NCBI GenBank assembly: GCA_012026655.1
Contig: JAAILG010001841.1
Location: forward strand, 1-61,054
Reading direction: 5' to 3'
DNA: 61,054 bases
DNA from: Hydrolagus affinis
Taxonomy: Eukaryota
Under the pieces are notes generated by a model that ran no database searches, was not told the DNA's origin, and saw nothing but the letters and a program-made list of their open reading frames with translations. Of this stretch, positions 12,368-24,833 are shown in pieces. Both the position numbers and the translations under genes were made by a program. Numbering within the stretch: position 1 is the stretch's first letter; each line of letters starts with the position of its first letter.

Positions 12368-12927
12368 TAATATCCGGCGATATATCGATATATTGGTTAT
12401 ATCGGTATAATTTTTCATATCGATATCCCAATATTGGAAATTTTAATATATCGGTATATAGAAAAATTCGGTATGAAAAAAATCAGTATATCCACAAAAT
12501 ATCGGTATATCATCAACAAATGCCACGTTACAGCATACAGAAAATATACAACCAAAGGTTCAAATGTACTTAACACAACGCACACAAGAGCTTAATTTTC
12601 TTAAAGTGCCAAAGGGCTCCATCAACAACAACAAACAACAAAAACAGGAACAACAAAGTTCAACAGACTTTCAACAGACCTTGTCGCTGGCATTGCAAAC
12701 CTCCTGGGTGTAGAGCACGCATATCTGAATGTGCACGCATCCCCTTTCTTCCCTTCCCCCCACCACCAAACACAATCAGACTTGCGCACAACCCTCCCAA
12801 GCCATTCATATGTAAAGCTTTGGAACGTGAGTTAAAAAAAACCCTGGTGATATCGATATATCGGTATATATCGATATGAGCCCACTGATGTATCAATACC
12901 GGAAAAATTCAATATCGACGGATACTA
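12368..12927. mobile_element. Complete non-autonomous hAT element
   Basis: Imperfect 16-bp TIRs (TAATATCCGGCGATAT / TAGTATCCGTCGATAT) flanked by a perfect 8-bp target-site duplication GTAGCAAG (12360-12367, 12928-12935). Confidence 0.9.
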
Positions 12928-13251
12928 GTAGCAAGCTACAAAGAGAATTGGCAATGATCTAAGAACAGCCTGCCTGATATCCTAGCAGCAGGAATGATGA
13001 AGTCAGGTATCAGATTTTCAGATTGAATCTCATCAAATCTGATTGTCTTGGTTAGTTTGTGTACATTTTGTTTCTGGTAAGAAGATTTTTTAGATATATC
13101 AAGCTATTACTCACCATGATTATTTATTTGTTTGTTTGTTTGTTCCTTTGATTGCTCTGCAGCCAATTACTTCTGGTCGGGTTGTTCCAAAATGTGAATT
13201 ATTTTTCATGCAGGTTATGACCCTGTATCCAGTAGTTGCATTTTATAAGCA

Positions 13252-13627
13252 CAGTAAAAGCCCATTTATCTGGCACCCTCCGGGGGTCAACTAATTAACT
13301 GTGTGTGTTGGATAATCGGGCGGCAAGTTGCCGAAAACCCAACACAAAAAATTTACTTATTTTAAAACATACCATATTAATAACAAATGAAATAGTAACA
13401 GAATATTGAATGGATACTTTCCAATAAAGATTCCAGCACACTTGGTAAAAGGCATTTTTTACCGATCGGTTAAAAACCTAGAGTTCGCAAGTTTAATAAG
13501 TGCGCATGTACACGCATTGCGAGCATGCGCAAAGTGAGCATACTCGCAGTTGCTGGAATGGGGAATTGCTCCAGGAGGGGGTCACACAATCCAGTTGATC
13601 GGGTCACGGATAAACAGGCTTTTACTG
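13252..13627. mobile_element. pogo/Tigger-type MITE (CAGTAAAAGCCC family)
   Basis: TIRs CAGTAAAAGCCCATTTATC ... GATAAACAGGCTTTTACTG followed by TA. Confidence 0.85.
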
Positions 13628-14367
13628 TATATAGCGAAATTATTGCAGAATCTTTTGTCAAAATCATTTATTTAAAGTTAAGGATTATTTACGATTATGC
13701 TTTTGTATCTGTTATTCATTCACTGTTCAAAAAAATTTGCTTATTATAATACCTGATAGCTGCTTACCCTCTTATAGGGTTATCAATTAAGATGATACAG
13801 AAAATATTTTCCTTCAAACAAAATAATCTTATTTTACAAGGTATTTTTCATTAATACTCCCCAGTGTATGTTCACATAATCTGTAAATAAAGCTAATGGA
13901 AAGTGCATCAAGTAACTTTAAACTAAGGACTTCTAAATAGTTTAAGTAACTGGATGACAACATGAATGTAATGAAAACCAATAGCTTTTCCTTTTGGGAG
14001 CATGCATAATGCATTATAAATGCAGATACAGTAATGTTCAGGTCACTAAGCATTGGGAACGAGGGACATGTTTAAAAGATGTAGTCCAATCCTTTCATGG
14101 TTATACTACACTCTCCTTCATTATTTATTCTTCGAGTAGCTTAAGATAGGCTTATCAACAAATGGGAGGCAGAATGGCCGAGACACTGAGAGTACAATTT
14201 CCATTGATGACTAAAATTTTATTTTTTGTATGACGTTATTATTGGGACATAGAATAGACTATTTTTAGTGAGCAATGAGTGCTGGATAATTGTGTCTCAG
14301 CTTTATTCTTCCTTAAGAAGATAGTCTTCTCACAACTTTGTTCTAAATTTTCAATTCCTGTTAACTA

Positions 14368-14573
14368 CAGTAAAAGCCCGTTTATCCGGCGCCCGATCAA
14401 CTGTAACTTCTGTACAACCAGCATCACAAAAAAAGGTCCACATTCGATTAACCGGAATTTATCTGGAAAAATGCATTATTATTTTTGTTTTGAGTTTTCG
14501 CCCAAATACCCGGCACGCGCTTTAACCGGCATTGGCCAGGTCCCAAGGGTGCCAGATAAACGGGCTTTTACTG
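14368..14573. mobile_element. pogo/Tigger-type MITE, short copy
   Basis: TA|CAGTAAAAGCCCGTTTATCCGGC ... GCCAGATAAACGGGCTTTTACTG|TA. Confidence 0.9.
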
Positions 14574-14691
14574 TATTTTGAAATTTTGTATCAGTATCAC
14601 AGATACTGTGAATCAATTAATGCTAGTTTCATGCATCTTAGGGATATTCTTTAATATAGTTTGTATTGTTTCATTTGAACTATTTCGACAG

Positions 14692-14816
14692 GAAGATAAA
14701 TTGATATTGGAGGATCTACAGTGTCAAGTTGATCAACTGAATGCTCTAGAGAAGCAATATATTGACCTAGGGCCGGTCTATGACTGCTTAGTGTGGCATG
14801 ATGGGGAGACTTGGAG
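14692..14816 (+). CDS. TPP2: TPP2 exon 5
   Basis: cag|[41 protein letters not shown](R)|gtgagt. Confidence 0.96.
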
Positions 14817-14944
14817 GTGAGTTACTCAAGAGTTATACATTGAACACTTAACTGTGTTTAGAATCTTATTTTACATTAGTATTATTATTATTACATTATA
14901 CGTGTGACTATTCTTGAGATTTTTCTTGGTGAACTAAACCTTTA

Positions 14945-15210
14945 TTAGAAACCTGGAAATCCCCAAAATACAAGAAGGCCATCCGGTCCATCGAATCCTC
15001 AACGACGTAGCATAACAAGATGATCAGTTCAATCTCACTGCCCCATCCTTCAAGCCCCTTTCTTTCATATGCCAGTCTACTTCCCGTCTCGAAAACTAAA
15101 ATGAACTCTGCTTCCAGCACCCACTCGGCAAGGCATTCCATATCCCAACGACTCTGGACAGAAAAAATCTTCCTAAGTTTTTCTTTTGCCATTCTCATAG
15201 CTATCTTATG
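14945..15210 (-). mobile_element. Degraded CR1-like LINE 3' fragment
   Basis: GAAGGCCATCCGGTCCATCGA tail motif and GGCATTCCATATCCCAAC (reverse of the WN-LP-type motif); boundaries approximate. Confidence 0.55.
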
Positions 15211-16369
15211 ACTATCATTTTCGCCTGTGCTTTCAGCTGTACTCCTATATCTCTGCCCTCCCTCATCCTAACCCTGCCTCACATGCCCCATTGCTCGGGT
15301 CATGACCCCAATTGTTCAGTGCCTTGGGACTTCCTCCAGATGTGAAAGGCGCGCTACAAATGCAATGTTGTTGTTGTATGTCCCATTACTATAATAATAA
15401 TAGTCATTAGGAACTACATCTTTAATCATCCTAATTGTTTTACTACCTGTTGTGGACTCTTAATTTGTAAATTGTTCCAACACCTTAACTGTCTTGCTCC
15501 TCTCCCATTGTAAAACCGGTGAAGTAGGATAAGCCATTGGTTACGTAGAATGTCTTGTTTTTTAGCAATGGAAATGCACTAAAGTATAAACTGGATCAGG
15601 AAGGCATAGATTTCAGATTTAGTGCTTTTAACAAAAAAACATTGTGCAAACAACGACAACAAATTATATTCATACAGCTCTATTCATGTCAGAAAGATGT
15701 GCAAGGTTGCTGTTTTAGAAGCAGGACTTTCAAAACAGAATATAATCTTCAATATGAGTCAGAAGATTGGTTCTGTTTATACATAATTTAAAAAAAAATT
15801 GTTTCATAACCTTTTTATTAAAAAAAATTTAGTTTGAATCTACTTAAATATTTACCCCTGGCATTACAAAATTGTAGCTTTCAAAATAATTTGCCTGACT
15901 GTCTGAAGGTGCAATTGTTCCAAGCTATATTCTGCAACTCTAAATTTATGACGACTTTACATTGCATCAAAGTGTTTTTGACATATTCCAATTAGTTTAT
16001 TTGCATGGAGTGTCCAATATGGCATTTAAAATGCCTAATGTCAGCAGGATTTCTGCAGGTGTCGTTTGTTTATAGTTCACTTTGGCAGGCATGATCTTCC
16101 ATCTCCTGCAAAGTGGGCAATGTATCTTCCAAATAACTTGGTTGAAATTAGATCTTGATTTAATTGTTATTAAAACTACTCAGATTTAATTCCTTAATGT
16201 TGATTGTGTAACTGTACGGACATGTTGAGTGTTCTTATCTTGTACACTGGCTGAAAGGCTGCAAAGCCTCCCCCTGTTCTTATTGTATCTGATAATCTGG
16301 AATAAATCCTGCATCTTTTGGATATGTCGTTTATGCATTATCCATCACTTTTATTTGTCTTCTTTCTAG

Positions 16370-16533
16370 AGCATGCATTGATACCAGTGATTGTGGTGAT
16401 TTCAATAACTGCACAGTTCTCAGGAATTACAGAGAAGCCCATGAATATGCTCAATTGGGCAAGTCTGAAATGCTGAATTATTCTGTCAACGTGTATGATG
16501 ATGGCAACACACTTTGTATTGTTACCAATTCAG
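16370..16533 (+). CDS. TPP2: TPP2 exon 6
   Basis: tag|[26 protein letters not shown]...[21 protein letters not shown]|gtgagg. Confidence 0.96.
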
Positions 16534-16660
16534 GTGAGGCTGTGACTAAATATTTTAGGGGAAAAACATGCAGAATATCTGTCTTGTGTTACGAATGGTG
16601 AAAATAAATAGCACACCACTTTAGTTGAAGACATCTTAAACATGTATTTTTTTCCAATAG

Positions 16661-16815
16661 GATCTCATGGAACACATGTAGCTTCAATAGCTGCAGGACA
16701 TTTCCCAGAGAATCCTGAAATGAATGGTTTAGCCCCTGGTGCCCAATTATTGGCTATCAAAGTTGCTGATTCTAGATTAAACACCATGGAAACTGGGACG
16801 AGCATAATTCGAGCA
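16661..16815 (+). CDS. TPP2: TPP2 exon 7 (catalytic His264, Glu305)
   Basis: tag|(G)[28 protein letters not shown]...[11 protein letters not shown]|gtaagt. Confidence 0.97.
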
Positions 16816-16957
16816 GTAAGTAGAACTTTGATAATGAGCTTTAAAAGTTTCAGTAGTAAATAATGATTTTTTGCTCCATACTTTGTATTGTATTATAATG
16901 ATGTTTATAACCTTCATGGTCGGTATCTATTTTTACGTATTTTTTCTCTTAGGATTG

Positions 16958-18106
16958 CAGCTAAGCCTCTATTTAGGACGCTTCTATTTAGGACGTTTCA
17001 ATTGAAAGAACATAATTTTTTAACACCTTTTGATCGATATAGGACACTTGGATTCGTTTTAACAAACACAATTTTTTGCGCATGCACACTACATACTTTG
17101 AATATCGCAGTCGCATTTCGTGCGTCTTTTTTGTCCATACACATAGTATATTCGTGGGTAAATCATGCTCGCACCTGATATAGTATATCCAGGCGTTTGA
17201 ACTGGCCAATAAAATGGCACTATGTCATTGTTTAAAATCCAGCTGATTTTGAAGCAACCTCACATTACATCAGTATTACAGTAATTTCCAAACATTCCCG
17301 AGCAGCTTCGAGCGATTTACAGCCTCTGCCATGTCTATACCAAGTCGGGAAGAGACAGCAGTAAGTGAAATAAGCAGCGGCCAGAAACCCCGCAAAGTCA
17401 TCACTTTAAATACCAAATTGGAGATGATAAAGCACATCGAGTCTGGCAAAAAAGGTACGGATGTCGGGAGGGCTTTAGGGCTAGCTAGATCAACAGTGGC
17501 TACTATAAAACAGAATAAGGACAATATTCTGGGAAGTTCAAGGTGTGTTACACAGGTGCAAGCAGATTAGCAAAACATAGGAGTGATTTGATGGAAAACA
17601 TGGAAAGAATGCTGAGTGTCTGGATTGAGGATCAGAACCAGCGTAATATACCACTCAACACCCTGGTTCTCCGAGAGAAGGCAAAATCATAGTTTAGGTA
17701 GCTAAATGATCAGGAAACGGCACAATCTTTCAGTGCTAGGAGAGGGTGGTTTCAAATGTTTAAAAGACGCTATGGGCTCCACAACATCAAGATGAGTGGG
17801 GAACTGCAAGTGCCACTGCCACTGTCACACTGCCAGTATTAAAGTTTGCCAGTATTAAAGTACAATACTGTACAGTTACCCCAAGTACCCCTTCTTGCCT
17901 ATGTATGTCAATTTGTGTTTTTTATGTGTTATGTTGTGTGGTTTTGTGTGATATTTAGTGGGTTTAAGGTCCGAAAATTTTGTGAAAAGAATGCATCTCT
18001 GGTTATATAATGGGACCGCATGGGAAATCACATTTTGATTTAGGATGTTTCGATCTAGATACAGTTTTTCAGGAACGTAACCCCGTCCTAAATAGAGGTT
18101 TACCTG
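16958..18106 (+). mobile_element. Internally deleted Tigger (pogo) transposon with decayed CENP-B-like HTH
   Basis: 23-bp TIRs CAGCTAAGCCTCTATTTAGGACG / CAGGTAAACCTCTATTTAGGACG, TA on the right; RKVITLNTKLEMIKH...VGRALGLARSTVATI, then frameshifted ERMLSVWIEDQNQRNIP...GWFQMFKRRYGLHNIK with stops; no DDD domain. Confidence 0.93.
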
Positions 18107-18240
18107 TATGGTCATTCTTTAATGTAACTCTTTAGTTTTATTCAGTGGGAAATAAAGTTTTGCCTTTATGCCAGTTGCAAAAAGCACTGATCTGTTTTTC
18201 AGCAAAATATTTGCAAGCTTATTTATCTTAAACTTTTCAG

Positions 18241-18317
18241 ATGATCGAGGTGGTAAAGTACAAGTGTGATCTGGTAAATTACAGCTATGGTGAATCGGCT
18301 CATTGGACCAATTCAGG
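18241..18317 (+). CDS. TPP2: TPP2 exon 8 (Glu331)
   Basis: cag|[25 protein letters not shown](G)|gtacgt. Confidence 0.96.
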
Positions 18318-18994
18318 GTACGTAAAATATCCGCGACATTAGAAATTTAACTGGATAGCTGGCAAAATACAGGTAACTCAGCTATAAAAATAGCCGAGCG
18401 AGGGGTCAGAAACCAGTTTGTCAAGCTACATGAGGCAGTGTCAGCAGAAGAAGAGAGAAGTACATTGAGAAAGGATAAAAAAAAAGGAATTGAGTCATTG
18501 GAACATTTCTTTCAATCAGCTGTGGTACAAGAACTCTGGGGGGTAATTTTAGATATAATGTTGGGAAATCAGTTCAAGGCAGGATTCAAAGATTTGGGGA
18601 AACTGATCAGAAAAGAAGTACATCATTTGTGAGAGGAGTACTATAAATAAATGTGGCTGCTTTTGACTGTGAGATTGTCTATATTATAAATGGCAATTTT
18701 GCACCCTTAGTACATTCAAGAATCCTTTTGTGTGACGTTTAGCAGCAGGCCCCCTTTTCATCTGTTATTTAAATATTCTTGATATGTCTAGTAGTACTGT
18801 CATTGAAGGCTATAATTATTTTTCATTTCTGTAGCTTATTGCTTTATTCAGATATGCAAAATATTGCTTTTATTAGAAAAGACATTACTGACTGTTATAA
18901 AAGTAATACAACATGGCTGATTTCATTTAGATAATTTAAATTATAACTTAAGTGATAGTTTTAAATAGCAATAAAAGTAGCAAAAATGAAAAAG

Positions 18995-19732
18995 CAAATT
19001 ATTTTCTGGATGGGGAGAGGTTAGATAGTGTTAGTGTACAAAAGGATTTGGGTCTCAAAAAGTTAGTTTGCAAGTGCAGCAAGCAACTAAGAAGGCAAAC
19101 GGCATGTTAGCATTCATTGCAAAAGGTTTTGAGTACAAGAGTAGGGAAGTCTTGCTGCAACTGTAAAGGGCCTTGGTGAGACCGCACCTAGAGTATTGTG
19201 TACAGTTTTGGTCTCCTTACTTAATAAAGGACATATTTGCCTTAGAGGGGGTGGAGCGTAGATTCACTAGGTTAGTTCCTGGGATGAGGGGACTGACCTA
19301 TGAGGATAGGTTGAATAGACTAGGGCTGTATTCTCTACAGTACAGAAGAATTAGGGGAGATCTTATTGAAAATATAAGATTCTTAAAGGGGTGGATAAAA
19401 TAGACAGTGAGGGACTGTTTCCCCTGGTAGGAGAATCTATAACCAAGGGTCATAATCTTAAAATTATGGGTCAGCCTTTTAGAACAGAGTTGAGGAAACA
19501 TTTCTTCGTTCAAAGGGTAGTGAATTTATGGAATTCATTACCCCAGAAGGCTGTAAATGCTCAGTCCTTGAGGCTGAGACTGATAGATTTTTAAAATATA
19601 GAGGGATTAGGGGATATGGGGATAGGGCAGGTAATTAGAGTTAGGTCAGAAGATTAGCCATGATCTTATCAAATGGCGGGGCAGGCTCGAGCAGCGAATG
19701 GCCTACTCCTGCTCCTAATTCTTATGTTCTTA
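18995..19732 (+). mobile_element. CR1 LINE 3' fragment (ORF2 C-terminus plus 3' UTR)
   Basis: [17 protein letters not shown]...[10 protein letters not shown]...LGLYSL...RGDLIE, RKHFFVQRVVNLWNSLP; tail GGCCTACTCCTGCTCCTAATTCTTATGTTCTTA; stops and frameshifts. Confidence 0.93.
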
Positions 19733-19834
19733 TAATAGTTAGAATGGTTGAGGGAGTGCCGTTTACAAGTGTAACATCATGTGCATTATTTGTTACTTGT
19801 ATATTTGAATAATTTGCTCCAATCCTCTATTTAG

Positions 19835-19962
19835 GCGAATATCAAAGGTGATCAATGAAGCTGTTTCGAAGCACAATATTATCTTTGTGTCCAGTGCAGG
19901 CAACAATGGACCATGTCTTTCCACTGTGGGAGCCCCAGGCGGTACTTTATCTAGTATCATTG
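19835..19962 (+). CDS. TPP2: TPP2 exon 9 (oxyanion-hole Asn in SSAGNNGP)
   Basis: tag|[42 protein letters not shown]|gtaggt. Confidence 0.96.
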
Positions 19963-21337
19963 GTAGGTTTTTTTAAAAAAAAAAACATATTAAACTAGCA
20001 ACAAAATGCAACCAGCCGCATGATAAAAGAGATTTAATTAGAATGCTGTTTTCCTAAGCTGAATATTATATTTCCTGTTGCCCACACAGTGTGTTAGTAT
20101 CTGTTTACCTATATACCCTGTTTTCATGTTGATTTTGTGAAGATCATGGTTATTGTGGTTCCTGCTACCCATATGTAGAGACTGAATATGGTTCTAGAAC
20201 TTTAATAAATTATTGATTATTGAGCAACTCCCCTCTCTCTCCCCCCCCCCCCCCCCAAAGAATAGCCTTGCGTAATTGTAGAGTAACTTTTCCACAACGT
20301 TTCTAATGTGTTACTTGCGTGCAGATATAACCGGATGTTTAAAAATAAATTAGTGCAGTCATAGTTTGCTTTTCACTTCCAGTTCTAATTTCATGCATTT
20401 CTGCATTCCCATATGTTTTCAATGGGTAAATACAGTTTCCTTTGTTGTACTGTATTAAGATGTTGAAATTGGGAAAATCCCAGGATTCATAGTCTGTCAA
20501 GTAGCTGATGGCGGATGAGATAATGGTGGCATAGCTATAATTCTATAAGTCATTGGTATCTCTGGGTATTGACATTAAAAGCTCGCCAGAGTGCCTGTTC
20601 CCAGATGGATATCCAGTGAGGATTGCTGGAAAGCATGGATCACAGATATCCATCCGTAAAAGGGAAAGATCAGGTTCAGCTTTGCTCTTTTTCCTGTGGT
20701 TGCATAGCCTGCTGATATTGTTCAGGCCAACATAAACATAAGTAATTTGAGTGAGGAATCGCAATACCACCAACACTTGTGGGATTTTACACTGGCAGGA
20801 AAGCAGCTACGGGGAAATGGGAGAACATACTGCTACGTATTCTATTTTTTAATATATTGTATATAAAAAAAAGGACAATGGAAGCCAAGTAAAACTGGAA
20901 GTGGGAGTGCATCAGAAATCTCTGGAGGATACGATTTCTTTCAACCTGTTTTTTTCATGGTGTAAACAGGAGGCGTTTTTGAATCAAACCAGTACAGCTG
21001 TTTACCTGGCAAGTTCTGCATTTGCACAGAGGGAATATTTGAATTGTTCTGGACCCTATAGAGTTACTTGTTCATTGAACCAGTAGCTGATGCCAACTGA
21101 GCCTTGAAATAGAAGGTCCTCCAAGAGACAGTGAGAAGAAAGTGCTAGGTTTCTTCTGCAGGGAGATTTAATTATTTATATGGAACTAAATATAAATACT
21201 GCTGTACACTTGTACTTGCTTTCTTGCAAATGTCAAGCTTCTAAAACTAAATTGTTTATCTATTGAAAGTACAGAATCTCCGGTTATGCTACGTTAAGAA
21301 TGTTGCCAGCACTAATGTCTTTGATTGAATACTTTAG

Positions 21338-21437
21338 GTGTTGGCGCATATGTTACTCCAGAGATGATGATTGCAGAGTACTCCATGCGGGAGAAATTGC
21401 CTGCCAATCCGTACACATGGTCATCAAGGGGACCTTG
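21338..21437 (+). CDS. TPP2: TPP2 exon 10
   Basis: tag|(G)[32 protein letters not shown]|gtaaga. Confidence 0.96.
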
Positions 21438-22146
21438 GTAAGAAGCAATTTAAAGCTTCTTTTGTACTTGTCCTTGCTGCATTGTGATAAATATCATGGC
21501 TGGCGGTGTTACAGTAAAAGTGCTGACTGGGTAATTGGTGCATTGGATACAAAAAGAAAATGGCACAATGCAGATTTCAGCACCAAGTTTCTTGATTGGG
21601 AAAGAAAACCATTTCTATATCAAAATAGCAATACTGAGGGACATATAGGCCAAATCATTGAGCTAAACGAAACCTTCAGCAGGGTCCGCAAAATTTTGTG
21701 TGACACATAATGCTGCTGATTTCTCCCAAAACCCTACCTGAAAAATTGAATAGCTTAATGTACGCTGATAGACAGAATGCAAAAGAAGAAATACTAGTTC
21801 ACTGTTAGCATAACTCACCTCTAAACTGAATGTTCTTGGATTCCCACTACATAGCTTTTGAAACAAGAGCTGATAGCTCCTTCTTCTTTAAATTCTCCAG
21901 AGCATTTCAGACTCCTGTTTATCCATCATTGAAATGAATTGAATTTCTCAACTTTCAAGTTGTCCATTTTTAAAATTCTCTCTCCACTTATTAATCTGAT
22001 CTGTTCCTCACATGGTTAGCGTTTTAACTGCTGCCTAATCCTTATGAATCAATACTGTTGCTGTACTTTGATTGCACTTGACAGCAGTTACCTGAGAAGC
22101 ACTCTGAGACGCGCCATATTTCTATGGATTGTACTAAATCCAAACA

Positions 22147-22872
22147 CAGTAGAAGCTCATTTATCCGGCACCCGCGGGACCTGGCCAATGCCAGTTAAAG
22201 CGCCTGCCAGATATTCGGGCGGCCCGTGGCCGAAAACCCATTACAAAAAAATTTAAGTTCTTTTAACACACACCATACACACCAGACTAGGTAATAGCAG
22301 ATAGTGGCAGAGTATTGTGTTGGTGCTTGTTGTTGGGGTTGCTCTCTTGTGCTTCTCACCTTTACTGATTGGGGTTTGCAATCCAGTGATTATTTTTTGA
22401 GTGGAGGGCGCCAGGTAGGTGAAAGAAGCGCAGGGCAATTTTAAAGTCGCGCGACTTTGCTAGCTGCAAGCCGAAGCCCTAGACTCTACTAGCGGCAAAC
22501 CGAAATACTGCACCTGCTTGGGTTATCGGCTAGCGTTATTAGCTTGCCGCCAGTATGACTTTGAAGTCATACGCGCAGTTTTTTTCGCCCGTTTGGCGTG
22601 CACCATTTTGAGAGGGTTCGCTGGACTATAAATCTCAACCGCAGCATCATGGCTTCAAGCACAGCATCTCCAGTGGGGGTGGGGGGCGCAGGAGAGTAGT
22701 TTTGACGGTGAGTGCCAATGCAATATTCTGTTATTATGTTATTATTTATGCATTTACAAATGCTCCACTGCTATTGTTCCAGATAAATTCTGGTTTATCG
22801 AATATCCGGTTTAACGTGCCGGTTATATGGAAGTGCCGGTGCATCAAGTCACAGATAAATGGGCTTCTACAG
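22147..22872. mobile_element. pogo/Tigger-type MITE, long copy
   Basis: CAGTAGAAGCTCATTTATCCGGCAC ... GTCACAGATAAATGGGCTTCTACAG|TA; subterminal sequence matches the reverse complement of the 14368 copy. Confidence 0.85.
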
Positions 22873-22948
22873 TATTATATATTATACCTTCATATATTTG
22901 TGTTCCCAGCCATATAATTGTAACTGAGTTAACATTTATCTTTGTTAG

Positions 22949-23097
22949 TACTGATGGAGCATTGGGAGTATGCATCACTGCACCAGGGGGCGCCATAGCT
23001 TCTGTGCCCATCTGGACTCTGTGTGGCAAGGAGCTAATGAATGGAACGTCGATGTCCTCTCCTAATGCTTGTGGAGGGATTGCGTTGGTCCTCTCAG
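22949..23097 (+). CDS. TPP2: TPP2 exon 11 (catalytic Ser449)
   Basis: tag|[49 protein letters not shown]|gtagag. Confidence 0.97.
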
Positions 23098-24717
23098 GTA
23101 GAGTAACACATCAAGCTAAAACATCTTACATTGGATAGACTGTAAACAGGGATAGTATAAATATAATCAAATCATAATATAGTTTTACATTATGTAAATT
23201 GGTTTCCTTTTACTTCCCTACTGCATTGGAAGGACAACTGTCATTTTAACAGATTATCAACAACAACATCAAAATTACATTTGTAGAGCGCTTTCACTTC
23301 AGGAAGACATTCCAAGGCACTGAATAGCCAAGGACCTGAGCATGGGGCGTGGGTGGTCAGTCATTGAAGAATTAAAATACAATTATACATTTGTTCCATT
23401 TCAAATATTAACCTATATCGATATAAGATAATCTGTGTTGCAGGTGGAATGCGTAATTCTGCGTAACTATCACATTCTGATTGCAAAAATCTCTCTTAAG
23501 GCTAACAGTTGTCAAATGTAAGCTTTGAAAATGTATCTTTAAAAGAAAATGACTTACACCAATGGGAGCTGGAAGGAATTTTCTTACGTGTCCTGAAAAG
23601 AGATGTGCTCTGAGACCGTTCTATTTCTCCAAGCCATAACACATAATTTGTCCTTAAGCAATTGGGACCATAAATGCCATTTTTGTTGTGTTTTTCAGCA
23701 TGTGGTACTTTTTCAACCAGTGTTCTCCCTTAATTAAGTAAATTAGAAAAAAAAATGTCTAACAGATGCATAATTTAGCAATTTCAGTATTATCTAAGTC
23801 TGTGTGAGACACTTGAGTTTTATCGCAACTATTGAGCAGAGTTCCTCTTATGCTAAATTGATGGAATTCTGGCTAATTTTAGGCTTTGCATTGTATACAT
23901 GCATTGTATTTGAGGAAAAAAACACATTGGCAAATTAAAAAATAAATAAGTCAAGCAAGTGGTGAATGGCTATTACTGTTCATGTGTCTACGTATTTCAT
24001 AATGGTATTAATTTTTTGTTTAGCAGTTTTTGTTGTGTTTATGTTGATTGAAATGGGAATACTAAAGAGCTTTTAAGTTACTGGTAGTACAAATTAAGCA
24101 ATGTGGTTAAAAGGTTGTGCCCAGTGGTTGTAGTCTGTGTTCCGGTGATAACTTATATTTTTCGGGATGATAACATTAATATTACTTTACGATTCAATGG
24201 TTGCTGGTAACTGTACTTGCAGCAATAGGTCAGGATTCATTGAATCACAAGAGATGTAGTTTTGACCCGTTACTGCATACAGACTTACCACCTGCATTGA
24301 ATTATGCATGCGCATTGTAGATTACTGATCAAAATCACAGGCAAACTTGCATAAGTTGTCTAAAATGCAATTTTATTCAGCAATTTGTAATTTTAGGGTG
24401 TGGAGATATCTATTGATCATAGCTGATCACATGGTTAACCAAAGTTTTTGTTTCACTACTTATTTGGGCTCTGTCCAGTTTGAAATGTTTTGATATAGAA
24501 GCTACATTTTTGATATTGAAGCCAAACTTGTGCTCCTAAACTAGTAATGCTGCTCCTCCATCCTTCATTACGCATAGCTGCCAAACTTCTTGAGCCCAAA
24601 GTGTGTGTATTAATAACATTATAGCTTCATTGATCTACCAGGATATATTCACTGCTTTCTTGACCTGGCGATTTTCAGTCCACAATTCTTCATTTGTCTT
24701 TCTCACATTTCCTGTAG

Positions 24718-24833
24718 GATTGAAAGCTAACAGCATTGGGTATACCGTGCACTCAGTGCGCAGGGCACTCGAGAACACAGCTCTGAAAGTGGAAAATGTT
24801 GAATTGTTTGCACAAGGCTGTGGAATAATTCAG
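24718..24833 (+). CDS. TPP2: TPP2 exon 12
   Basis: tag|(G)LKANSIGYTVHSVRRALENTALKVENVELFAQGCGIIQ|gtaaat. Confidence 0.96.
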
